DNA of 61,066 nt, counting the filler. It is 10 parts of 10 records of this genome, joined end to end, with 100 filler letters (N's around TTAATTAATTAA, not from the genome) between each part and the next. Parts side by side here need not be neighbours in the genome. Positions count along the whole stretch, not along the records: positions 8,982 to 13,819 come from SRR15195285_2520; positions 13,920 to 19,305 come from SRR15195285_2522; positions 19,406 to 26,271 come from SRR15195285_2534; 7 more parts are not named here. One strand, 5' to 3'. Below the pieces are notes generated by a model. That model saw only the letters and a list, made by a program, of their open reading frames with translations. It searched no databases and was not told where the DNA came from. The position numbers and the translations under genes were made by a program. Below, piece after piece: positions 11,070-22,504 of this stretch. Position 1 is the first letter of the stretch. Each line of letters starts with the position of its first letter.

Positions 11070-11274
11070 ACGTACCATTCATAGTACAGTATAAGAAGAA
11101 TCTTGACCAGCCAAAATCGATTTTACGTAGTGCTACTACTACTACTAGTAGTAGTACTGGTATACTAGTAGGACTCGTCCAGCCCGGACTGCACGGGCCG
11201 GTCAATCAGACAGTGCCCAGATTGACCCTTAGGATTTTCAGTGTGTTTTACAGAGGTACTGTACGGTACGCTCA

Positions 11275-11421
11275 GGTCACAGGCTGGGTTGGATTCTTGT
11301 CTAGTCCAATTCACTCATGAATGCAGCACACTCCGCGGACTACTCCGAGACACTGTTTTTTTTTCGCATACCAGCATTGATATTTCATATTAGACTGGTT
11401 CTGGCCACCCAGCCTGTGACC
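11275..11421. mobile_element. MITE-like element with 15-bp terminal inverted repeats
   Basis: GGTCACAGGCTGGGT (11275-11289) and ACCCAGCCTGTGACC (11407-11421). The left end recurs at 30926 and 61038. No clear target-site duplication. Confidence 0.75.
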
Positions 11422-11537
11422 ACTGGTACGCGAATTCTGAGTTCCGTCGCGACGCCGCGCGGCCGCCACGGCACCACGCAGCGAGGACGTCCTGGCGGGG
11501 CTGCTGCAGGGACGCCTCTGGAGAGCGCAGCACCACC

Positions 11538-13229
11538 ATGGCTGGCGCTCGGCGTGGCTGCACGGTGGCGGCGCTGTTGTTGCTGCTCGGTTGTGCGCTG
11601 AGTGGCACGCCCTCGAAGAAGTGCAAGAAGGGCGTGCGCGCCTCGACGGAGTGCTTTTTCGCGGCCGGCTCCGACGCGCTGGCAGAGTATGTGGAGACGT
11701 TTGTCGACGAGGGGTTTGAGCTGTGCGTCCGCCTTCGTGTTCGCCTGCCCGTCCACCGCTGGTGGGTCGAACGCTGTGTTTGACTCGTTCTGCGTGCGTG
11801 TAGCGCGAACGATTTCATCGAGAATGAGCTGACCGAGGAAGACTACGCAAGCCTGGGGATCGAGGATGCAGCCGTCGTGAAGGAGATCCAGGGCATGGTG
11901 GAGGCGATGGCCAATCCACCGCCGCCTCCAACCAAGACATACAACCGCCACCTGGCACCGGAGCTGATCGAAGCGGTGAAGGAGGGCGACATTCCAAACA
12001 TGGAGCGGCTGCTTAAAATGGGTGCCAGCCCGAACCACAAAGTGCCGACTGCTGGCGAGGACTCCCTGCGATGGTCTGCAGTTCGCTGGGCTGCCATGAA
12101 GGGCTCGGAAGCAAAGACTGCCGAGCAGATGGAAGAGCATCCACTTCTCGAAAATGGCGTGGAGGTGTTGAAGCTGCTGCTCGAGCATGGCGGAGACGTG
12201 GACCAGACCGATGAGGCAGGCCAAACTGCGCTGCACACCGCATGTTTCCTCGGCGAGTCGCGGCGAGACATCATTGAGACGTTGCTTGAAGCAGGCGCAG
12301 AGACCGATATTGTCGGAAAGGACGGGTTTTCACCGCTGCACTGGGCCGCAAAGGAAAATCATGAAGGGATCCCTACGCTGCTCGAGGAGTATGGCGCGGA
12401 GATGAATCTTGGTGACAACTACGATATGACTGCACTTTTCATCGCGTCAGACCGCCAGTTGACCGATGTTGTCAAGGAGCTGTTGACGCTCGGAGCGGAT
12501 CCTAACTACGGGATAGAGTCAGATGTGATCAAGCCTATGCTTCACTTAGTGAAAGGAATCACGCCACTGATGGTCGCAGTCATGCCAATCGACGCGAAGG
12601 AGGTCCACACCACACTTGCAACGGTAAACGCGTTGCTCGACGGCGGCGCAGATCCGTATCAGCCGGATGGCGAGGGCATGACTGTCTTCGATCGCAGTCG
12701 CTGCCGCGAAGGTGCGGGCTGGTTGGAGACGAACGAAGGACGGTCAGAGTTCCACAAGGTGTGCAAGCGATTGGATCAGGCGAAGGACGACGTCAAGGAG
12801 AAGAAAATCATGGAGACAGAGGTCGCGCAGCTGTTCTATGAGCACCTTGACAAGACGGAAGACGGTGTGCAACGTTCGTGGAACAGCTACCAACGTCTGT
12901 TCTATGACAAGGGTTTCAGCGACCTTGCAGACCTAAAAAGGATCAGGAATGAGATGGACCTGCTGGACCTTGGTGTGCGCAAGCGCACTCAAGCGTTTAA
13001 GCTCATGAAGATCATCCGCGAGACAGACCCAGACTACTGGGATAAGTTAGAGGCCGAAGGTGACGTGCCAGAAATGGACATCACAAAATTTCCACGCATG
13101 GAGCGTGGCGGCAGGGGTGACGAGACCACAACTGGCAAGGTCAAAGCTAAGAAAGGCTCTAAGATGTACAAGGCTGCCTCAAAAGGCAAAGGCCCGCAAG
13201 GGCCGCCGAAAGGCAAAGACGATCTGTGA
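11538..13229 (+). CDS. Signal peptide, SAM-like, ankyrin repeats, SAM-like, C-terminal KDDL
   Basis: Intron 11723-11803 joins MAGARRGCTVAALLLLLGCALS... in frame to ORF 11877. Ankyrin motifs GQTALHTAC, GFSPLHWAA, GITPLMVAV. SAM-like LAEYVETFVDEGF..LTEEDYASLGI and YQRLFYDKGF..DLLDLGV. Confidence 0.85.
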
Positions 13230-13819
13230 TATTTTTGAATGTAGTGTCAAGTGAACCGAAAGGCTTTGGCACGCGGCTGGAACAGTACAGCTGTTTTATG
13301 GCGCATGAGCCTCTCGCTAGCGGTCTTCATAGTCTAGACGGTGTTGACTCGTTGTAGCGTTCTTCGGTGGTTGCAGACCAAAGCTTCACGATATCCATGT
13401 CTACTTCAAGACCTCACGGTCTCCGCTCATAATGAGCCACCTGCGCGAACTGTGGGCTATGACCGATAGGTTGGATTGCTCGCTGCGAACCGTCTCTTAC
13501 GTGCGGTCCGCAGCCAACTCTAGTTCTCTCTTTGGCACCACAGCAACTTGCTATTAAAGTACCGCCAAAGTTGCCTGCAAAGTTCTGTATAATGTAATCT
13601 AGATTAGTACTGCGCGCGTCTCGCCATACAGTACGCGCGTGGTACAGTGTAATGCCATTTGCTGGCATACTAGTTGATATTCGAGTTCGCGGTCACACCG
13701 CGACGCCAGCTCGTCGCTAACAACATAAAAGCGGGCTGTCGTCGCCCAAAACGGGTAAACGGCCGGAAAACGGCCTCCAGGGCGTAGGCCCACACGGCCC
13801 GAACTAGCGTCGGCAACAG

Positions 13820-13919
13820 NNNNNNNNNNNNNNNNNNNNNNNNNNNNNNNNNNNNNNNNNNNNTTAATTAATTAANNNNNNNNNNNNNNNNNNNNNNNNN
13901 NNNNNNNNNNNNNNNNNNN
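13820..13919. other. Artificial contig linker
   Basis: N44-TTAATTAATTAA-N44. Confidence 0.98.
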
Positions 13920-16900
13920 TGCTGCTGCTGCTGCTGCTGCTGACGTTGACGCTGGTGCTCGTGCTGCCGCAGCTTATGGCGCCGTTGGCTCGCAGCCATG
14001 TCTGCAGCAATCGTTCTGTGCCTGTCCTTCGCCTGGTCTGCCATGGCAGTCACTAACAGAAGATCATCCTGCGGCAACGGCATTAAGGCGTGCAATCCTC
14101 GTAAGGCTACCTCTGGGTCGTGCGACTCGCGCGCCACCTCCTCCGCTCCGAACATCTTGAGTCGGGGCATTGACATTCGCGTCTGTGTTGGTGCCCTCTT
14201 GTTCTCCTCGGGGGTTTGGATTCGCGCAACGGTTTGCATCTGTATTAGCTGAGAAGAACACGGGGGAAGTACGTCTTCTGTGACGCCTCGGCCACGAGAG
14301 TGTCGCACGTTGCTTCCGTCGAAACTCAGCCCCACTGCTAGGTGCCTAGTTTGATCGACGTTTTCAACAATCACCGAGCGACCAGCACCATCGTTTGTGA
14401 TCCAGACCACAGGTGCTTTTGGACCATCATGTGGATCAGCAGGAGGAGCAACACTTTCCTTCTGGTCGCTGGGTCTTGCGGCTGCGTGTGCTGCCCCTAG
14501 CTGCATCGCCTGCCCCCATTTCCTTGCGTAGAGGAGAAGTACGCGCGAGATGGCAGAGGCAGGCAGATGGGTCTCCTCGACCTCCATGCACACTGAGCTG
14601 AACCAACCAAGCACCAAGCGCTGCTCTTCAACAGCAACCTCACTGGCAACACGTTCAGCGTCACAGTACACAACGCCAGTTGCTGCTGCAACATCCATGC
14701 GTTCATCGCCTGCCATGTCGGCATCCGTTGCTGCATCTACTGCTGCAGAGCTCGCAGTGAATGGAGGCTCGTCTGCCCTGTTGCAGCCGACGATCGGCAC
14801 AACGAGGTAACAACCAGCCTCGCTTTCACTGAGAACTGGGACATCATCAATTGTGCAGCTAGTATAAGGCCTGATGGTCCGAACAGCACTGCTGACAAGC
14901 TCCCAAGACTCTTGGGGACTGTCAGGGCCATCTGGAAGGTACACCACGCAGATGTGGATATCGCTGGACTCTTGGCTACGCAATCCACGCCCGCGGCTCT
15001 GCTGCAGGGTGACCTCAGCGTTGAAAGTTGGCGTCAAAGTGTCGCCCATGTCACTCCCATCGTGCTCACTGGACGCTGCCGCGACGATCAGCGCGGGGAA
15101 TGGCGCGTCGTCATCCACATTAGCACAGCAGCTCAAGCATGGAGGAAACGCCGGCCGAAACCTTGCTTCGTACCAATCATCCCGGACTTTGCAGTATTCT
15201 AGTGTGGTAAAGAATCTCAGCAGCTCGTCCCAGGTCACCCAAAAAATTCCCGCGTCGTGAGCCCCTCCATCGGCATCTTCTTCATCGATGAACTCGTAGC
15301 TACTAGCCTCCTGGACCGCGTGAAGCAGAACCTTAGTGATTTCTGCCGTGACCCCACTCACACCCTTTTGCAACTCCTCAAGACTCTCAACACCACCCCA
15401 CAGCTTCATGACGATAGGGCGAATGTCCGGCAAGGCGGGGTCGCCTTGCAGTGGCACGATTTCACCTGCACGTGCTTGGGGAGGAACACGAAAAGGAGGT
15501 CCAGGGCCGATGCGGACCTCTTGACCGGGCGACCACCCTTCCTGAATAGTCACCGTCGCACACATCACCGCAAGCGCATCCATGGCGGCCTGGCGCTCCT
15601 GATCGAGGCTACCCTTGCTAAAGCGCAAAGAGCAGCCGGCTTTTGCTCGCAGTTCTGCGGACACGAGGCGAGAGATTCTCTGTAGCGGAGCCGAGTACTT
15701 CATACAGACGGCTTTTGCTGCGGGTGTGAGGGATACTGAAGATTGGAGTGCTGTAGGAGGCCATGGCGGACCGGGCTCAAAACCTGTGCGCTCCCGCAGC
15801 GCCTCCGTCCACAGCGGAGAGGAGCGTCGCAAGGCTCCTTGCCAGCCACCTTTCATATGACTCCACGGATTACGGAGCTTTAACAGACGAAGCTCGTTCT
15901 CTGGGTCGTCCACGATGTCAAGCACGGAGTAGCCGTGTCCGACTGCTAGCCCGAGCCTCTTTGCACCTTCCAGGTCTCCATGATAGTTGCCAATGCAAGC
16001 CCCTGCTAAGAAACCCTGATCGTGGTAATCCACAACCTTGGCCCACATTGCCTCTGTGTCCATTTCAACTTCCGGGTCGAGAGGAGAGCGTTCTTTCATG
16101 AAGACCTCGTATTGCAAGCTGATCTGCTCGACTGGCGCGCCTGTCAAGAGAGACATGCCCTCCATGATTTGTCCTGATTCTAGCGCAGCATAAGACCCAA
16201 ACATCTTTGCCAAAGCCTTCTCGATCAGTGGCACCCACAGCTGCTCTCTTGTGGACTTACTGAATGCAAACTGCACAGCTGCAGCATTTGTGCCGGGAAT
16301 GGGTTTCGTCAGCGTCGGAAAGTTGTCGTCAACGACGCAGAGCCGCCACTCTCCATCTATACACAGACGCAGCATATAAGCTCCGACAGATTCCGAATAC
16401 TCTTGAGTCAGCAAAAGCCTCTCGAGCAACTCTGGACGAGTCGCGACCGTTGCCATGGCACTCAGCAGCCAGCAGTCTCCGAGTGCCCCTTGCACGATGT
16501 CAGACGGCTGTGGAGAACCGTTGAAGATGTTCCAACTCGGTGCGATGGGAGGGCAGCCACCATCAGGAGAGATCGCAGGTGGAGGTTTGAGTTGAGATGG
16601 TCGCAACCAGGCGATGTGCCGTGCGCTAAGTCCACCCGCTTCTCCAGCAGCGCTATCACCCTTCATGCTGCCGAGACTTGTGGTGGAAGCAGGGAACTCT
16701 ATGTCGCTGAACGCCTTGCCGGTCGCTGCACATTCACGAGAGATTTCGTTGAGTCGCTCTGCGGCGACTTGCTCGTCCTCTTTCCGCACGACAACGGATT
16801 GCTGACTGGAGGTGCGCTGTAGAGCTGGCGCGAGTTCGGCTGTGGCGTCGATCTGAAGTAGCTGACCATCGCCCACGACGGACGTCTGATTTAGATGCTG

Positions 16901-17626
16901 CGGCTGCCAGGTCGACCGTGCAGCAAGTCGCGAGGAATGGCGCACAACTACTGTGCACGCACGGCCAGGCACTGCTCCAGGTGGCACATGCACGCGTAAC
17001 AGCTGCCCGTTCGACAGTTGCAGGCACACCATCTGACCTGGTCGCGCCAAAGGAATCGTCACAGTCGTCACGACCGCCGTCGGAGAGTCTTGGTCCATCC
17101 GGAACCCACCAACCCCACCTTCCATTGGCCCTCGAGCCCCCATGGCACGCGTCCGGAACATACGCAACCTCTTTGATAAAGCGGATCCTTCGGGTGGTGG
17201 GCTTGTGCCCACCGCAAACCACTCCCTCAGTGCCTCCGCCCCCGCAGACTCGAGCTCTCGCCGCCCATCCAGCGAAATTGCTGTCCCATCCTGACGCAAG
17301 ATAATCAACGACGGGATGGTTCTCACGCGATACGACAGCGCGACATTCCGCGCCAGCCCACGTGCCTTAAAATCCAAGGTCCACCAATGCTTTGGCAGCG
17401 CTGCCGTGTGCTCGCAGAAGCTTGCCTCGTCGCGGTCGCACGAGACCAGCACCACATCCACAGACACCTCGCTCTGCGCCGCCGCCAGTCTCTCCGCACA
17501 AGCCAAGCTTGGAGCGCACCAGCCGGCGCCAAAGAAGAGTACGATCGGCGCCCCGTCCGCCCCAGGGGTTCCTTCATCCACAGCGTCCGCGCGGCTCAGC
17601 GGGAATCCAGCGAGGAACTCCGCCAT
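13920..17626 (-). CDS. Calpain-15/SOL-like cysteine protease with an N-terminal thioredoxin-like (nucleoredoxin/tryparedoxin-type) domain; 3' end truncated at a polyQ run
   Basis: Catalytic triad QGALGDCWLLS, GHGYS, LRNPW; WVPLIEKALAK; C-terminal SOL-homology-like segment. N-terminal LFFGAGWCAPS..VLVSCDRD..VRTIPSLIIL. Likely ATG at 17626. Confidence 0.9.
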
Positions 17627-18031
17627 GTCGTTGCGTGACAACCTGCCGTCGCCGCTGCGGCGGCGCGCGCCACGGACGACCCGCGCGCGCGGGCGGCCGG
17701 GCGCCGAGGCATGCACGCGCGCTCGCGCGCTCATGGCTCAGTGCCGCGGGCGTGCGGCCGGCGCGCGCGCGCGCGCGCGCGCCGCCATGCATCAGCAGCC
17801 GCGGGTCTGACGGCTGAGGAAGCTTCTGGAAGCCTTGTAGTGTGCGTAGAGCGTCCCGTGCACTGCGTGCGGTGGCGGGGCCGGCGTCGTCCGACGCATT
17901 TTCCCTGCCGCGTTCTCGGGTGTCCAGCCTGGGGGTGATTGGTCGGCCCAGCGCCGATCCCGGAATGATACCGTGGCGACGGACGTAAGGCTCGCCTTTT
18001 GTGCCGAGTTCTTGTTCTGGACTGGAATTGT

Positions 18032-18871
18032 ATGCAGCCACCCCTCCAGAACGATGGGCCGGACGGGAAAGATGGAAGTTACACACACACGGGCAACGCT
18101 GAAAATCCGCTCTTTGATGTAGAGTCGGCCAGCAACGAGAAGCCAGCTCTGACCAGCAGCAGTGCCGCGAAAGTTGACGACTTACGCTCTCGCGAGACGG
18201 TCGCACGTTTCACTGAGGCTCCAGCTAACTGGCACCAGACGGTAGTGTTCATGGTGACGACAGACGAACCTGAGGATGCGTCTATGAAGGACCGGGTTCC
18301 TCTGCAGTTTGCCATCAGTGCCCTGATGGTGATGTCTCAGGCACGTGCCCACGGGTTGTCCAGGCTGCGCCTGTCTGTTGAAATAGCAGTGCTGATTGTC
18401 AGTCCTTGATTACTGCTGCGCCGTGTATGCCTGTGTTTGCAGTGCATTCTCGTGCCTTCGTTGTTTCACGGCCAACTCTCAACCGCCCAGGCCGACCAAT
18501 TGTGGTGGTCAAAACGCGCGATGATGGTAAGCCACAACCTCTTCGCCTCGCACGATCGGATTCTCCTCGTTGTACGTTCACATGCCGTTGCTGCTGTTGC
18601 CGCCGTTGCTGCTTGGGTCTTATGCTGGCAACAGTACGGCATGCCGGTCGCCCTCATCACTCCGTGCTTTTTCTTTTCTCAATTGATGAACCCCCCAGCA
18701 TGGGGAAGTATGTTTTTGATCTACTTTCTGATTTGCATTGTTGAAGAATTTGGTCCTGGATCTTTAGAGGATCGCAACATTCTGACATCCTTGAAGCGCA
18801 TCGGCAAAGTCGTACTACAAGGGATTGTTGGATGTATGTGCTTCTTTGAGCTCTTCGGCATGAACGGCTAA
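18032..18871 (+). CDS. Multi-pass membrane protein of unknown function, two exons
   Basis: Two hydrophobic ORFs joined in phase 0 by a putative GC-AG intron 18341-18442. Confidence 0.55.
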
Positions 18872-19305
18872 AGTGGAATATTACGAGGCACAACTCTGAC
18901 TAAGTTTTTTTTTCAAGGAATGAAGATGCGTCGCCACAGTATTGAAGTTTGTAGAAGTTGTACTCTGTCCCGATTGCAATGAATTGAGATGTGAGTTAGT
19001 TAGTGGAGGCTATGGGTGTTCGTGCCAACGAGAACAACTTTCAACGTTCCAAGGTTCGTTGACCTTGGGCAAAAGGCTTCTAATGGAACCATGTGGGTGG
19101 TGTGCCACGCTATCGTTGCCACTCCCGCTGCCACTGCTGCCGTCGCCATTGCTGCCGCTCCCCCTCCTCTACCAAGCCTACCTGCCCACAACAAGGCCCG
19201 CGCGCACGCGCTTCATCCTAGGCGAGCCGTTGCCACACCACCGACCCTCGCCGCCAACTCGCGCCACTTCACCGTGACACCGGGCATAAGGCGGCCTTAT
19301 GCCCG

Positions 19306-19405
19306 NNNNNNNNNNNNNNNNNNNNNNNNNNNNNNNNNNNNNNNNNNNNTTAATTAATTAANNNNNNNNNNNNNNNNNNNNNNNNNNNNNNNNNNNNNNN
19401 NNNNN
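19306..19405. other. Artificial contig linker
   Basis: N44-TTAATTAATTAA-N44. Confidence 0.98.
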
Positions 19406-19710
19406 CCCTCTGATCACCTCGAATCGCTGCTTTTCTCAAGGATTACTCCGTAAATTTGTATTGTTTTGGCTCTGCTGAGGATAAGCTGCTCATCGCCGGG
19501 GGAACAACCATTACGTATAGCGTCACATTTCGGTTAGTGAGCCCGAGCGTGGGGGAGGGCGTGGACAAGGACCAGCGCTGTGGGCCAACGCGCAGAACGT
19601 CACCATGGTGCGTGCCTAACCTCGCACTGCGCATTCAAATCGGTGCAGCTGCCTATGCTATGTGCTAGCACGCGCAGCTGTTCGTGTTGTCGATAGCCTG
19701 ACCCTGCGCC

Positions 19711-20442
19711 ATGCATCTCTGTCAGCCTGGGGCTGCAGCAGCAGCAGCCTCGCGGAAGCTCGCGACCGCTGGCATGACGCCCGAGGAGCGTGTCGCGCTC
19801 GAGGAGGCCGCGCTCAAGTGGATGGCCGACAACAACGCCGGCATCAAAAAGGCGCTGAAGCAGCCTCAGTTCAGTGTGTTCACGCAGGGGCAGCTTCACC
19901 GCGCCCAGGATCGCGCTGCAGTTCGGGCGCGGACGGGAAACCTGTCAGGGAACGCCGGGAATCGCATGCTCACACACGCGGAGGAGGAGGAGCTCGTGCA
20001 GTGGATCATCGCGAAGAACCTCAAACTCGACGGGGCAGACACCAAGGAGGTTGGAAACAAGGTCCTGGTCATCCTCAAGGCACGGCAAACTGTCTTGCGT
20101 GCTGTCAAGCAGCGCCGGGGCCAGCCCTTGTCCAACTGCGCGAAGAAAGCCTTGAAAACGCGAAAAGTCGGCTATCGCTTCTTCGGTGGCTTGCGCGAGC
20201 GGCATGGCGACCGTATCAAGACCGGCCGAAGCTCGAACGTCGACCTCAAGAAGTGCACACGTTGTTTGCTCCCACTTTCGCGTGGTCAGGTTTGGGGGAG
20301 CTTGACCGCCAGTGGCCTTAAAGCCGAGCGCAAGCGGCGTGCCACGTTGCAGTTTCTGAAGCCTTTTCTAAAGGTATGGAAAGGCTCGAAAAAGCTGGAG
20401 CAGAGCATCGCAAACGCTAAGAAGCGCAAGGCTAACCCGTGA
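19711..20442 (+). mobile_element. pogo/Tc5-like transposase remnant with CENP-B-type HTH and no DDE domain
   Basis: LTHAEEEELVQWII...YRFFGGLRERH resembles HTH_Tnp_Tc5; basic tail; catalytic region apparently deleted; no TIRs found. Confidence 0.5.
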
Positions 20443-20992
20443 AGCTCCTGAGCCGCCATTCCAACGGCCGTGAGCTTACAGTCTCTTGACTGGCGAACTT
20501 GAGCTCCCAATGGAAAAGGGTGAAAAGTGGACAGACTTGTACGGCACAATAGTTGTCCCAACGGTAACACTATCACCTGGGAGTAGCGGGGTATTCGTAC
20601 TCGCAAAGGCAGCGGTAGAGGCTAGAAGTAGAGGGCTAGGGGGCGGGCCAACCCCAACAAGTCATCTCTGCGACACAGTACATTCCGCATTGACGGCTGT
20701 GATGGTTTTGTCTCAATTTTGTCTTCGTATGACTCAGTACATACAGCACGCCCATGCGTGTGTACCGCAACTAGCTATATCATTTGCACGACACACTGAT
20801 TAAGGCTAAGTTGCCGCATGCCACTGCACAGCCCACTGCTCCACTCAGTGCTTCCCCCAACGATGTTGTCAACTCCAGCCATTCCTCAGTGCTCGCAACG
20901 ATAAGCCGCATGGAACTGATTGCAAATGCCAATTAGGTGTCGCCTTGCAATCAAACTGCGCCGCGCATGATCACGGGTACGGTGCTGCAAAG

Positions 20993-21706
20993 TCATGCTG
21001 CACCTAGCTTGTTGCGCAATTCGTCTAACATGCTGGAGACAAGCGACATGTTGAGTCCCATGACACTGTCAAGCCCCCCTTGCACCTCTTTGATGTACGG
21101 CGACCAAGCTGGGTGTTCGATCATCAATGCTCCTGCGCACCACATCAACTCGTCGGTAGCGACAACGGCTTCAACGACATCCACGGGCATGGGCTCGAAA
21201 ATGATCGAGGTGGAGTCGTCGGAGACGACGCGCTGTCCTGTGTCAATGTCGTGCAAGCAGTAGCCCCCACACGTGCCGCACGGCGCGGCCGAATAAGATT
21301 GGACAAATTCTCGTGCTTGGGAGACATCAGCTGGCTTTTCGCGAACAGCTCCGCAAAAGGTGACTACCTGATCGGAAGTGAGTAGCACTGTGCCTGGGGC
21401 CAGTCCAAGCTCGGCTACCAACGGATCATCGGCTGCCATCGCACTGGCGAGACGCGCCACAAGCGCGTCAGCCTTCGCCACCGCAATGGCGCGTACCAGC
21501 TCTGCAGGCTGATCTTGGATCCGGTCGCCAATCGCCTTTTCGTCGATGTCAGGCACCAGGGTCTTGAATTCAGCCCCGGCGGCGCTGAGGATGGCCCTCC
21601 GGGAGGGAGACTTCGATCCGAGCAGCAGCGGCGGGGGGTCCAGCAGGCGTTTCGCGCCAACGATCGCAGCGTCCACCGTAAATTTGGACGGTGTCAGCAG
21701 AGCCAT
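20993..21706 (-). CDS. maf: Maf-family nucleoside triphosphate pyrophosphatase
   Basis: LLLGSKSPSRRAIL, DIDEK, AVAKA, TSDQVV, EKP, CAGALMIE, SVMGL. Confidence 0.92.
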   Translation of the reverse strand: MALLTPSKFTVDAAIVGAKRLLDPPPLLLGSKSPSRRAILSAAGAEFKTLVPDIDEKAIGDRIQDQPAELVRAIAVAKADALVARLASAMAADDPLVAELGLAPGTVLLTSDQVVTFCGAVREKPADVSQAREFVQSYSAAPCGTCGGYCLHDIDTGQRVVSDDSTSIIFEPMPVDVVEAVVATDELMWCAGALMIEHPAWSPYIKEVQGGLDSVMGLNMSLVSSMLDELRNKLGAA

Positions 21707-22504
21707 TCGATTGCACTTGCACTTGCAGCCGTGCGCCGCCCGCGGCGCCAGCGCGTGCCACGTTCTCAGAGGCGACCCGCTACGTAGCTGGAGTGTAGTG
21801 GCACTAGAGTATAGCAGTACAAGCGAGTGCTACGCGTACACTACCGCGTAGAGTATCCAAGTTGAATCTTCAGTCTCTCTAGAGAGCTACAAGTTGGGAT
21901 ACGCACTGCGCTCGAGAGCGCGCCCGCCATCGCGCATCGGTATGTCGTTGCATCCCGTACATGCAGGTATTCGAATACCACGAGGTACGTATATATATGC
22001 GCGTTCAGCGTCGCGCGCGTCGATCACGCGCGGCCCGCGCGCGTGCGGGCGGTCGGTGATCGGTTCATCGTCCTCCTACGTACCGGTAGAAGCCTTCGTA
22101 TTCGTTGAACCCTACAGTTGTAGATTATAGTGCCCAGGTTGGGTAGTTTCTCGTAATGAAACGGGGCACAGGCCGCGGCCTTTGCCCCGTTTCACGCGCA
22201 GCTCGGCCCGTCACAGGCGACGATGTACCGTTTTTACGGTGTCCGGTAGTGGATATGGGTTGTTTTGAATGTACTCGCCCGTTTATCGAATATCACCCGG
22301 ATGCAAAATAGATCTACCCATATCCTGGGTACTGTCTAGCGAACACTTGCGTGGTTCGCACGTAGCAACACCGCAAAGTTTGCGACCTCCTGACTCTTCC
22401 AAATAGCACCAGCTAGACAGGAGATTTACCTCCAAACGGAAACTCTATCTGGATACGGTGTGCAATCAAACTCGATGGACGGCACAAAGGTATGGGTCTG
22501 AATG

